Shown here: piece by piece, positions 11,658 to 24,823 of the stretch | Numbering within the stretch: position 1 is the stretch's first letter | Layout of the letters: each line of letters opens with the position of its first letter | Assembly: GCA_973895155.1 (NCBI GenBank) | Contig: OZ316897.1 | Location: 22,667,455 to 22,731,454, forward strand | Origin: Marsupella aquatica | Taxonomy: Eukaryota; Plantae; Marchantiophyta | Reading direction: 5' to 3' | Length of the DNA stretch: 64,000 nucleotides | The notes under the pieces: generated by a model | Told to the model about the DNA's origin: nothing | Database searches by the model: none | The model's input: the letters and a program-made list of their open reading frames with translations, nothing else | Made by a program: the position numbers and the translations under genes

Positions 11658-14622
11658 TTAGACGATACCTTCGTGCGGTTCTCCAGGTTGAACAGCATTG
11701 ACAGCCGTGTTCATATCTTGATTCGCAGCTTGCCCACCACCCTGAACATCGGCATCATTCAACTCGCTGGTTGCAGCACCATCGACAGTAGTGTCTTGTG
11801 CAGTAGCAGGAGCTTGAAGAGCAGGAACGTCCTTAGCCAACCTCGAAGTCGACAGTTGAGTCGACAGTTGAACAGCAATCGACAGAATCCTCCAGAAATC
11901 TTTGGCTTGCTCGTCTTTCTTCGCTTCGAATTCGGCAGACTGCTCGTCGAGCTCTCCGCTCGGAGTCGGAGGCCAGATCTCCTTGCCACGGGCCGGCAAC
12001 ACCCAATGCCCATTGCTGTCCCTCACGAGCCCCTTGTACGCGTCCTGCCACCAAGCAGCCGGAATGAAGAACTCCTTCTTTAAATAATCGCCGCCCTTGT
12101 TCACGAGAGCATGGTCTCTGATGGTGGGCTTGAACGGCAATTTCCTGCCGTGGAATCCGTCCACCCCATGGAGATAGCCCTCGAGGCAGTGCGCATGGAA
12201 CGGGTTTCCTGGGTCCTGGAGGAATGGGGATGCGGTGTTGTCGATCCTGAGCTTCACTCCGACGTGTTTGTACGATGGGATGATGGTGGAGATGTAACGA
12301 TGGGCGGCTGCCATAAGTTCCGGTAAAAACATGCCCGGGAGTTTCGTCACCAGGTCCTTCTTGTTTGCCACTCGAAGGACCGCCACTCCCAGCTCCTCAA
12401 TTCGGTCCTTGAATGCCTGATTTCCTACCCGGGGCCCCGCAAAGGAGTAGACGGTGACGGGAATTCGATGGCTCGGGAAGAATTTTCCCGAATCCTTCTG
12501 GAGACTGCCGACCCCGGCCAGACCAGAACCTGAATTGGATTCTGACGTTGCTGAATAGCCTGAATCTGGATGATCTGAGCTCGAGGCTGAGATTGAACTA
12601 GAGCCTCCTGAGTTCGGAGCTTGGGAACTCAGCTCCCAATCGGCCTTTCCAGAATTCCATTGCTTGGGGACGCTCGGAGAGATTCCGGAGAGGCGATTGA
12701 TCTTACATTCTGCGATGTCGTAGCCGCATAGTGTGGAGAGCGCGCTGCCAAGGCTGTGGCCGGTGACGGTGATGCTCAGCTTAGTGTCCCTCTCGTGTTT
12801 GTACTTCTCCACGAGGTCCCTGACGGCTTCCAGGACTTGCTCTCGAGCGCTCTTTTTGTTGTAGCGAGACATGTCGTTGCTGGACGTGTAGACGCTAAGG
12901 AACCCGCTCTCCACCATCACATCCTTGTGGCTGTGCCGAAGGTCGAATCCAGCGGGGGCCAACAAATCCTGTGGACAGGCACACTGATCGAGTCAACACT
13001 CTCGAAATTGAATCCAGCATAAATCTTGAACTTCAGTATGCAGCTTCAATATTCTCACTCACTTTCCGAACTTGCATTCTCTACCCTAAGTAATTAAAAA
13101 TGCTCCACTGCAGCAGTCATGATTGAGGATAGCATTCAGACGACCCAGTCAAGCTGACCAACTAGCTTGCAGCCTTGAATATATTAAACTAACGAAAAGA
13201 TCTTCGATGAATCTTCAGAAGCAGCTCATTGCAGGCAGGTACTTTTCTTTGCGCGGCTGTTCTTGATTGACGTCGACAGAAATATTATTAATAGTTGATG
13301 ATTGAAAGCTGACTCAGAAAATCCAAAATTTTTGAACAGAGTTTGAGAAACGATTGTCTGACACAGGTAATTTCACTTGTTATGAGGTATTGATTGATCT
13401 TAGCGTTGTTTCCAGGATATCAAAAACCTGCAAGTGCCTTAAAACGTTACGAACGACGTCAACATATGTAAGTGATTGATTGAGCTCAGCCTTGGTAGAA
13501 ATAAGAACTCCTTAGGGTCCAATTTGATTCTCTTGATTGACTTAAGTACCGTTGGTTGAATATCACAAAGACCAAGATAATGGAATTCCTTCATGATGTA
13601 ATTTCCACACACAGTGACTGATCCACTGCCAGACAACCTTTAAAAGAACTTTGGAGGGGGAGACTTGGAGGAATTGTTACCCGAATATCCATGATCCACT
13701 CAAACTTCGTGATGGTCCCTCGCCAAGCCACCACAATATCCCTTCGTCCGAGGCGGGCAATCTCCTCAGCAGACGTGCACACGGCCACAAATCCGATCCA
13801 ATTTGAGTCCTTGCTCCACTTATCATCGCGAGACGACTTGGTGAAGAAATTAGGGAGATCGAGCTCACTTGTAGCGTACAGATATTGAGTAATCTCATAG
13901 CCCCGGTTCTCAAGCCCACACCTCTCGAGCAGGTCCTCCTTCGTGTACTTGCAGCTACCGCAGTATTTGGAGGTAGTATCTCTGTCAAACCCATCATATG
14001 CAGCTTGGGCGAATTCCCCGTAGCGAACGATTTCTGCCCTCAGGACTGGATCTATGGGGTCCAGTAGATCATCCCAGCGCGAGCAGCCTTGGATCTCTTG
14101 CCAGCGCTCTCCCACTCGGAAGCCTGCATAGGGATGTGGGGCACTTCTTTTCGTTGCATGTTCCTCCTTTGGTGTCTCCATGCTGTATTTAACCTTCAGC
14201 CTCTCCACCAGCTCCCTCAACTGGGGTGAATTCAGCTGGGCGAGCTCTAATTGTTCGATTTTTCTCGCAACTGTTCTCTCGGATTTGGGACTTAGCCTGC
14301 GTGACGATGTCCGGGAATGGAGCTTGTGGACGGCTGTTCCATAGACCGGACGCCTCTCCCCCTCTTGAGATACTGAAGCCATAGCCCAGTTGCCTTCATC
14401 GCTTGTGCGAGCAACCTCAAGTTGACTGAGGTGGTTTGAGAAGGTTCTCCTCGCTTCGCCGCTGTGAGCTTGAGAAGATTCTTCTTCACCGGTGGTCGAA
14501 GGTTGTGCGTCAGTTGACGAGGTACTCTGCTGGAGCCTGCTGACCAGCTGGTGCAGCTCCGCCGACCTCGAGATCTGGTTGCTCATGCTGTCAGGCCTAC
14601 CTTGCTCTCCAGCATAAACCAT
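11658..14622 (-). CDS. DAD1-like phospholipase A1 / class 3 lipase (2 coding exons)
   Basis: Exon 1 is 14622 (or 14586)..13681 and exon 2 is 12968..11658, joined by a phase-0 GT-AG intron giving EWIMDIR|DLLAPAGF. Motifs: WxEIQG..WDDLLDP..LRAEIVRYGEFAQAAYDGF, SNWIGFVAV, GRRDIVVAWRGT, ITVTGHSLGSAL (nucleophile), FAGPRVGN, DLVTKLPG, HCLEGYLH. Confidence 0.92.
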
Positions 14623-15686
14623 CCAAAGCCAATTGAATCGATCGTTTCTAAGGATATCGATTGCAAGTAAGCAGTCTGCTGTTCCGGTTCCTGACCTGCA
14701 GAATGTACGAAGTCTGCTAATTAAGCACAAAGCATCTATCCTGTGGGTTCTGCGGATTCCTGCAGTGTGGAAAGCTTCAAAAACAGAGTAATAGGATTGC
14801 AGAACAATTACAGGAAAATTATCCACAGAAACGTTAACTTCACTTGAATAGAAAAGATGTCCACTCCCAGATTGATAGAAGCTAGACTATTGCACCAGAA
14901 TCCTAGTCAATCGGCAATTTCAATTCTTCAAGTGGACAACTACACAAGTTTGTCTACAGAACTCAAGTCCACTTTGAACTCTACACTTAGAACTCAAGTC
15001 TTGTGCGCGATGTCTAGAGTTCAAAGTGGGCAAGCAGTTTCTCCCCGGCCAATATGGATCAATCAAACGATCTTTGGTCTAGACTTGAGGGCTTAGAATT
15101 ATTCCGGACATCACACCTCACGTTGAAAACCGATAAGTATCGGTTCTAGAACTCCTGAGATTGAAACGACCTTTGCGCTCGAATGATTCACAGTATTTTC
15201 TGATTAGGTGGACTCGACTTCCGAGACCTCGCAGTTCCTCTTCCGGAACCAGAACAATCTGCTACCATGACTCCTCCAGTATGTGTCCTATGTGAATCGA
15301 ATAATCGGTTGTACAAAATGTCTTCCGAGAACAAGGGCCACCCCGTATTTAAACGTGTCACCAATTTCACATCTCAACGCCACGAGGATCGCTGCACTTC
15401 CGTCCCGGGTCCCGTCCCCGTGGTGTTGGGCAGATAGCAGACGGAGAACTTTGTGGGGCAGCACTAGAGATTTACGGACACATTTTGCTTTCCTTTCACG
15501 CGCCACACGATAGATAGAGCAGATGAGACAGGCACGCTTCGATTGGATGGACTCCTCGGTCAACCGAATCGCATACCTCCACATATATCGACGGAGGTAT
15601 TCTGACCTCTTCAGCCCGGTCTTCGCTGAGCACCTTTTTTCTCTACAAAAGTTTAGACCATGCGGGCAAGCTACAGTAGTTGTAGA

Positions 15687-15730
15687 CCGAAGGAACTAGA
15701 GTAGTTGTAGTTCCTTCGGCGTATATATAA
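15687..15730 (-). promoter_or_regulatory. Candidate TATA box and 12-bp inverted repeat upstream of the lipase gene
   Basis: ccgaaggaacta (15687-15698) and tagttccttcgg (15708-15719) are perfect reverse complements. TATATATA lies at about 15722-15729. A minus-strand donor-like GAG|GTATGC near 15577 suggests a 5'-UTR intron. Confidence 0.4.
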
Positions 15731-16380
15731 TTGTTGACCTCGTTTGCTTTTACTCCATTGTCTTTAGTTGGGCCCCATCTTCCAAGCAAATTATGACAGC
15801 TTGTTCTTTCTTCGAGTGATTGCGATTTAATTAAGCTTGTTCGTCTTTGAATGGTTGCAAAATGAAATTAAACAGCATGCAAGAGCAAATTAAAAAATGC
15901 TTCTTCCTCAGACGAGAGCTGAGAATTGATATTTTAATGACGAGCTAATCAAACCATGCAAAGTTAGCAGCTGTAGAGTAATCAACACGGAATGCCCGCC
16001 GGGCTGAAAAGCAGTTAGGGGAATATATGCAGAGAGAAGATCACGGGTATCAGGTCAGTTTTTCTTTGCGCTAATGTCAATGAGGTTTTGCAGGTTCCTC
16101 TTGAATTCGTTTTACTTTGTCAAGTTCACCTATAATTCGGTCATGTGGGACACTAGCTTGGTATTGTCAAATCATACTTGCTGACTCGAGTCGGCAAACT
16201 AATGGAACCAAGTCGACGAAAGAGTGCCACTGACAGTTTTCCAGACGAACTCGTGCGTTTTCCAGAAGAGTGGAACGGTTCACAAGACTTTTTGTTTGAG
16301 GTTACATCATCGATCGTGGTCCTCCGGAAGTGTTGACACTTTTCAGCGAGAGATATGAGCTCAAGGTCAATCAGGGTGTT

Positions 16381-16497
16381 GAGCTGAGACCACACGCGTG
16401 GATCGGATAGACCACGGACATCGCCGCCTTGATTCAGTTTCTCGTCAGAGATTAGGCGGAGAGGGTAAACGGAGAAATTATTGTGGGTGATTATTGA
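16381..16497 (+). pseudogene. Short-chain dehydrogenase/reductase C-terminal pseudogene fragment
   Basis: The frame from 16381 reads ELRPHAWIG*TTDIAALIQFLVRD*AERVNGEIIVGDY*. This matches the SDR C-terminal pattern PxxRxGxxxDIAxxxxFLxSDxAxxVNGxxI, with two internal TAG stops. Confidence 0.55.
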
Positions 16498-19400
16498 AGA
16501 AGACCGCACCCACCGACAGGAATAAATCCACTTACTGCACATAGTCAAGTGGATTGTAAGGATTCTCATATTGGTGATGAGCAGATGCTCTCAAGTGGGG
16601 TTGCTAGAACAAAGTCCTACCAGCTCTCGGATAGGTTCCTGGTGGAGCTCTTTCGTCCATCCGGCCATATTGTTGAGTGTCGTCCTAACTTCATACGCCA
16701 TTGCAATCTGAATGTCGTTTACTTGCATGGGTTGACAAATCAAAGAACCGCAAGGCCGCAATCACGAAAAACTGCACCTGCTAAAACCTTCATTAAATAA
16801 GACTCCAGAATTTTCTTAATCCGTGGTCCTTAGAAATGACTTCGGACTCAGCCGGTTCTATGGATTGAGGAACTTTTGGGTTGGCAGGTAGAGATCGTCA
16901 ACGATTCAGTTTTTCATTACTTGAACGATAAGTTTCTGCTGCGAGATCATGAGTTTCGGTATGATTTCTCTCGACACACAGACGAAATTACCATCAGAGC
17001 TAGATGGAGCTTCGAAACCAGTTCGAAGCACGAGCTAAATGTAGCAGCGATGCCCCTAGTATAGGAACAGGTTTTCGTTGTCTTCGATCTCCTCAAATGC
17101 TAGTGTGAATTGAAGGTTACCCTCCGTCTTCGATGCTCGTTCAGAACTGCGTCCCGTTCCAAGTGTCGAGAACAAGATGCTCTGACGTCGTCGAATGATG
17201 TAGCCTGACCGAAACGGTCAGCTCTTTAAATTTAATTTGCAGACAGACGACATCGAACTATTCCGAAGACTGATGCGAATGGCGGAGGAAACAGGATCCT
17301 GCGCGTACCTAGTAATGATGACTGTGCTCATCGCGTACATCGCCCAGAAGATCGTACGAGAAAGATAGAGAAAGTAATCCTGGCAACGGTCAAACACCTT
17401 CTTGGAGGACTAAGTCCTCGTGCGGACCTATGGGGTCCCCAAATATGACCTCAATTGGTCAACCCTAATGTACAGTAGAAGCTGTAGAAGATCCAATAAA
17501 CTTAGGCTTTGGTCCTCATGACGCAATATTCTTGGACAAGCGCAACTACTTGGACATTAGATGATGACATCACGAGCCCGACTTTCGTCCAGGAGATGGA
17601 ATGATACGGTGGAGAATCTCGTGGCGAAGAACAGATTGTGGACACAAACAAAGCGGAGGAACATGACGGACATCGAATCACGAACCACATCATATAGCAA
17701 TGCACGAGACCATCTTGAAGAAATTAATATAAAAGGTGTTGCCTGGTCTGTTCCTGTTTTAAAAGGCTCTACTCTAGCCGGATTGTCCGGAATTTGGTCG
17801 ACAGCAGATTTAGCCATAGCCCAATTCAGTTGTCACAAGTGCACGACCTAGCCATAGCCCTCGATCCAATTCAGTCGTCACAAGTGCACGACCTGATCGA
17901 TTGAGATAGGATCTAGCTTGGAGTTTTCAATTTCTAGAAACTGTTTTTGGGCACGAAAATACCAACCTCGATCACCGACATTGATTCCTTACTTCCAAAG
18001 CTTGTTTAGAGAAGCTCCAAACTATCTGGTTTAATTTTCAGACGATAGTTAACCTTCGCTTGCTTGGCCCGCTTTGGCTGCAGTTGACTCCAGAGCCGGG
18101 AAGCTTTAAGTCTGAATAATTGCACGGTAAAGTTGGGTTGATGAATTAATTTCAAGCCAGGGCCCCGCCAAAAGGGTCAGCTAAGAGCTGAGCTCCTGAT
18201 AAGTTGTGTGGCTATCTGCCGACGAACATGGATAAGATTTGCATGATATATAGCCACTTAGAAGTAGACGTTTGTGGAAGGCGTTTCTCGGTCAGGGTTT
18301 CCGCGAAGCGTATGAAGGCAGTGCTTTCTTGGACCGCAATTAAGCAGAGACAAAAGAGTCCCAGAAACAATTTAAAGAAACACCGGATTGCAAGGATCCA
18401 ACGTGTTCAATCACTGAATTCCAGCGACTTGCCTTGCTGCTTTGGATGTCCAACGTACTAACCTATGCTTTCCAACATAATCGAAGCCCCGCAGTGCGGA
18501 TTGCGTAAATTGTCCGCAATGCACACATCGATCCCGTTACATTATCTTACTGAAGCAGACGTATTTAGCTTGACCTCTGATGCGCACTTTACACAAGGAT
18601 CTTCAACCATGGCTTGCGTGATCGACAGCATAGAAAGCTACAGTAGCACTCGAATTGTCTTGACATGCTGCAAGGATCTGATCGTAAGTCAATTTATGCT
18701 GTCTGGATGTCACGGTCAAGATTCCATCCCCGTGAAGTTGTGGTCTAGGATTTCCGCCAAGTTCCGATTTGCATTCTTCATGGATTTTCATTCTCCAAGA
18801 AAGCAGTTTGCACAACTTTCAGGTTGGATGATCGAAAGATTCGTCATTTGGAGTAAATTCCACAAGAGTCTGAACAAGATTGTATTTCTGAGAAGAGCTT
18901 CAACTTAGAGACTGTAGTGTAAATATCAATCTCAATCAGGTGTGGTAATAGTTGTTGTCTTAACCTAACATCCACATTTTCTGGAGGATTGTCTGGCGTC
19001 AGAGTTAAGCAGGTCTAGCAAATTAACCCGCCAGCGTCCCTTTCTCAATCACAGTGGGTGAGAAGGTTTAGGAATTGATGTCTGAGGAAGTCTAGCTTGC
19101 CAAGTTTGCCTGATCGAGTGGAGGACATGATCAATCCAACTACTGTAGTCATTTTCCAGTTCACAAAATTCTGCCATCAAAGCTGGAAATTGGGAGACAG
19201 AACTCTCACAGAAGTAAGGTTTGGCTGAATAATGATGACATTGACATCTTAGTGGAATTGACATGTTAGCCATGTAACGTCCTCAAAATCCGGGCAACAG
19301 ATTCCCACGATGAGAGGAACTGAGATACTGTACTGTAATTCTTTCTCAAGCAGCTCATGTGAGGGGGCATGGGTCTAGATGTAAACCAAGCTCGAATGGA

Positions 19401-22400
19401 AGCTTGCGAATCAAGGGTTCATTGAATTTTTGAACGCGCTCAGGAGCTGTGGAATTGTGAGCGACCTTGAAATTCTGGGAGATGAAGGAATTGTTTCTGC
19501 CCCTGGTCACGCACCTCCCAGCCGACTTCCACGCAGAGCAACTATGATATTAATCTCTCCACTAGATGGAATGTGGAGAAGGAGCATTCATGGTGTTTCG
19601 AGCTTTTCGCAACCCTGAACATGCGTTTCTCTGGATTCTGAAATTATCATGGTGTCCCTTGTTGGAAAACAGAGATTGGATTGTTAATTTGGATCAAATG
19701 TGACCTATACATGGGATCCTTACACCATGGTAAGTCTCTCCTAGTGCTCATGCCCAATTACTGGGGGTGTCATTCCCCAAAGTGGTAATTTGTCCCTCAT
19801 GCACGAACTATTCAGGGGTTGAAAGTGGTATTTGTAGCTCATAGAGTCCTCATTCTGGCTGGCAAGACCACTCATGAGGCCCTCAATGGGTAGTCCTTTA
19901 ACTATTAATGGCACCTGGGTGGGCCTTTGGGAGATTTACCAGGAAACTCTTCAAGTTCCGCAGGTACCCCCACACCCACCCATGATTCCCCCCCCCCCCC
20001 CCCCCCCTTCCTCCCCCGCCCAACCCCCCATGATTCAGGTTTGAAATCAAGCTGCACTGCAGACTGACTGATTGAGTTAAGGGTCTCTCACGGACCCACC
20101 GGAAGGAACCCCGCAAGAACCTGATCACTGGTTGGTCTTTAGGAGTTTGTTGCTACCGTTCTAGTCTCTAAATTACTTGTTTAGATACCTCCTTTGGGGG
20201 GCCAGCTTCTCCCCTTGTACCGCCACCTCTCCAGTCTTAGCACTTTGACCTTTGGTCCTTTTGGCTGGATGGTGTCTTTTTCTCAGCCCCCCATTTTAGA
20301 TGTTGCCTTTTTGAATTCAATTAGTTCTTTCAAAGTAATAGTGGCAATTTGTAGCTCACTCACAAACTACTCAGGGTAAAAAGGAATTGACAATCATTTG
20401 GCTTATAAAATTTGATCAATTCCAGGCCCTTTGGTAACCGCAAACATATTTCCTTATTAATGAACCAATCCAGATTTGTAATGTGCAACAGAAGTTTTGT
20501 TTTGTTTGTTTATTCACGTCCATTTCAAATTCACTGAAAATTTTGTTTTAGAAGGACAAGAAGTAGAACCATAGCCTCAGTTGTAGAAAATAATGATCCC
20601 AAATGAGGATATCATTGTTTGTAATTACAGCTATGTGGACTATTTGGTGTTGCTAGGCTTCAATCTTAGGCAAACCAGTTGACAGCAACGGGGGATGTTT
20701 AGGGTTTAGGGTTCTCTCTCAATTTGAAACAGAATTGCTTATTTCAAAGCAATGAGTCTAAGATAGTGGCAAAGCAAAACAATGAGGGAAGATGAAGGGA
20801 AGCACCCACCTTCACCACCTTGACATTCTCACCAGTCGTCTTAAATGGACCTTTGTTCATGAGACTTATGTGCAATCTTTGGCAAGAAAGTGGGCTTTGA
20901 TGGTCACCAAATCTTGACACATACGACTCCCAAAATTAAAACATTCTGGGAATTCTTGGAGATTTATGTGCTGTTGTGATTGGAAGGACTTTAGCTTCAG
21001 AAAAGGCCCCAACGAAAAGTTATTCTACAATCTATCTAGAGAGAAAACTGCCAAACAACTTTGAACCTTACAAGACCATTTCCACTATATACTTTCTGAT
21101 CAATTTTCCGCCCACGAAAGTCTTCCCTAATGATTCTATTTTCAAAGTCACTGTGCAGTGGTGTGTGGGAACAGAATACGGAGAACAAAGGGTAAGCAAC
21201 TCCACTTTCTATGAAGTTTAGGGTTTAGTATAAACCAAGTTTTTAATTCCTTATAATGGCCGCAAATACCATTGACAACTTCAAGCTCAATTTAGTTTAG
21301 AAAACTCTTGTACCTCTCAACTAAAGTAAAGCCTAGGTAGACCAACTAAGGGGGTTGCTGTGAAATTCCCATGGATTTCCAAAGCTGGGAACCACTGACT
21401 CAGAATATCAAAAATTGTCCAGATAGCTCTCTGGCTTATGACCATTAGCACCTGGTTTCCATTGTATACATCTTGATAAGTCACGGGTCACGCAAAGTAC
21501 TCAGGGTCTCCTTCACAAAAGTGAAATGTTCTTACCCAAAGTGGTAAGTTGGTACTCGTGCCCAAGTATTCAAGGCATCCTTCACAAAAGTGAAGTGTCC
21601 CTTGGCAACTTACTAAGTAGTTTATAATATTTGATCATCTTGCACTCATCAGCAATGGAGCAAATGATCTCAAAAAACTTTGAAACTTTGTCAGTTAATA
21701 GATTGAACATCAGAGAACATGCTGGAAAAATTTGAGCTTAAACATACATACAAAAGTTGTCCAAATAATTTCACAAGCTTGCTAAAAACTAGCATTTTAT
21801 AGTTCATGCACTTCGTCCAAACACATGGAAAAACTACTTGGGATTTTCTTCTCAACACTGAAGCGCCCTTCCAAAGACAGCCCAACGATGTGAGTTTTGG
21901 GTGTAAAGTGAATGAGAGTGTGTCACACTGCATGGGGATGGGCAATTAAAACAAACCTGTCTGTTCATCCCGACTTAATTTTCACCTCTCAGCTCTGGTG
22001 TCCCAAAGATTAAACTTAAGAAACGAACTAGATTGTTTTGATATGGCCAAAAAACAAATTGCTGTCATGTAACATCTTCTGTGCTGTGCAACCTTATCTA
22101 CCGCTTTCTGTTGAAAATAGTGTGTCCATCACCAACTTCAAGTTAAAATATTCTAGCAGTGCATAAAATGATCCGCATTAACCCCATGGATGAGGGGAAG
22201 CCAAGCAGGCAACCAGCACAAGAGAAGCCCATCAAGGGAGATAAATGATAAATATATGTTCGTTTATCATAATAATGAAATATTAGCAAGGTATACTAGC
22301 AAACATTCAACCTTGTATATTTATTGCCACTAGAGTCATAAAACTACAAAAACAGCTCAGCAATGTACAACCCTAGTATAGAATGATCACCAGGACTCAC

Positions 22401-24823
22401 AAAAGACAACATAGAAGGAAAACAATAAATACGTAATTAAATCACAAACTTGGGGGATGGTGGGTGCTGTTGGTGGCCCCCTGGTTTAGATCTGACTTTT
22501 GGATACCACGTTTGACCATGATTCTTAGGTGTAAAACTTTCTACAGTGAGGGATTATTATTAGTAATTTTTGCAATGAGTATATTAACCATCATTTTATG
22601 GGAGTTTGGAATTTCAGTCTGCTGTTTTGGACCCTCACAGTCTGGATTCTTCTGCTGTAGATGCTGGGGACAAAATCTTCTGAAAAAAAAATATGAAAGC
22701 CTTAGCATTTTTCAGAGTCTAATAAATGGCGATTATTTTGATCATATCTGGTACTAAAATTTCCAGTGTCATTTGGCAATTCTGGGGAAAAGTACCCAAA
22801 CTCAAGAAAAATACCAACTGAATTGCATTAGTTTTTAAAGAAAGAATGTTTTCTTTACTAGCGTTGGAAACAATAGATTTCTCATTTTGTTATTTTCAGA
22901 GGTGTGTGTTTACAAATTTGGGGAGAGAGAATACTAAATTTGTCACACTTTCTTGTGCATTCAAGTCTTGCAAGATGGAATGTGGAGAGATATAAAATAT
23001 ATTGCAGTTTCTTGCAAAAGTCAAAGAAAGGGAATGACTGGATAGAGTGATAGATTTATCTCACTTTCTTTAGTTCCTGCCTTAGTTGCTGAAGCGCAAG
23101 AATGCAAGTCAGATTGAATGCAAGGAGCAATAAGATTATTGCACTTTCTTGGAGAAATCCAAAAATGCAACTAATATGAAATGTGAAGAAAGATCCCTCC
23201 CTGCACCTACCAGGGGCTACCACTAAATACTGACAAACACCCAGGTACACCACACGGTGTGGCCACCACCACCATGGCGGCACTGCTACAATCTTGAAGC
23301 TTAATTTCCTAATTATAAGCTAAAACATGTGGCTTCAAAATGTTTCCCTTGTGACTGTGAAGAAAGGGAAAGATGTGAGAGTTCCTTCCTTGGCCTGAGG
23401 AAGGAGGAATGGGGAAAATGTGGGGATCCCTTCCTCCTTGGTAAGAGGAAAGGAGGAAAATGTGGGAGCCCCACAAAGTGTGAAAGGGGGAAATTAATGA
23501 GTTACGTGTGGGAACTCCACAAATGATGAAAGAGGGAAACGGAACACAAATGTGTGAAACCCTTCCTTTCTTGAAGCCATTCCAGCAGCATTACTACTAG
23601 GCCGCCTAGTTTTACCATTTTACAGGAACTAAAATTCCTAGGGATAATACTGTTTTATTTAGACCTGAAATCAACCAGGGGACCTCAGTTTTGCACGGGG
23701 CTTGTCTAGGGCTTCAAAATGAATCTAAACAGACCATGTTTGGAGTTGCACTAGCAGAGAAAAGATAATTCTCAATTTTAACATTTTCTATATATTGTAG
23801 TCATTTTTCCCGTTTTGCACCTTATTTGAAACCTCAGGCCCACCAGGATGACCACACCTATGCCTCCAATTGCTGGCCCCCCCCTCAGTGGCTCCAATGC
23901 CACCCTGGGACCAAATTCCTCTCTTGAGCAACTATGGTTCCCGGTTGCGGCATTGACTTATTAGAGCAAAGACATTTTTTTATATAAAAATCTAACCACT
24001 TTCAACACACCCATCTTTCAGTTCATATACACAATTATAATTCTGTACTAAGTTACTACCTGGTTATGGCTCTATAAGTATAGAGCCATAACTTTCTACC
24101 TTGCACACATCCAAGATTGAGATTGGAATTCTCAAAACAAAAGATTTAATATGGCTCTATAATGGCCAACTTCATGAGTGCAAAAGTGGAGTTTTTGTGA
24201 CAGATCAATCTGGAGAGAAAAAGGAGAGACGAGGGTCTCTATTCAGACTTCATATCCATATATTCTAAGGCTGGCACTGAGCACTAACCATGGTTATTTT
24301 TGCTCAAATTTGGAAGGGAACTCAGGTTTGCGAGCGACTGCATCGTTGGGGTCAAATTATGGTCTTTAATGAATTTGTCTTACCATGAAATTTCTAAATG
24401 TGAAAAACTATGGCCATGTGACTGTGCACTCCTTTGATAAACTATTGTTGTGAAGCAACTATTTGGCTCCCAAACAGACTTGTTACAAGATTTGCATTAC
24501 TTAGGAAGAAATTGGACAGAACGTACTGGGGAAAAACAAGAAAGGTGGTTTGACATTATGTTTTAGGCGTTCACAATAATTGTTATCAGGCTGGTTGAGA
24601 CTGATGGTTTGAGGGCCTCTAGAGAAATTCCTATTTGGTACCCTTCTAAGTAACTATGGGGTTTCCTCCAGACCATTAACAGGAGTTTAGTATACTGCTG
24701 AATAGCCTGTCTCTTCTTCCTTTGCCTTAGTGGCTGAGTTTTGGCTCTTTGGTCTCCTTGCAATTTTTCTTTTCATTCATCCCTTGTATTAGAGTCTTGG
24801 GAGGTTGACTATCAAAAATCTTA

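Noticed and set aside
14623-14826. N-terminal 68 aa of the 411-aa lipase ORF
   Set aside because: It starts at a non-ATG codon and looks like intron or UTR sequence with ctgcag acceptors. The first in-frame ATG is at 14622.
19987-20030. Poly-C tract (and poly-G at about 47725-47753) giving Gly-rich or Pro-rich ORFs
   Set aside because: Simple homopolymer runs inside TE-like DNA. G-quadruplex potential exists but nothing supports a function.
20698-20711. Telomeric repeat tttagggtttaggg
   Set aside because: Only two units, so a telo-box-like or chance motif rather than an interstitial telomere array.
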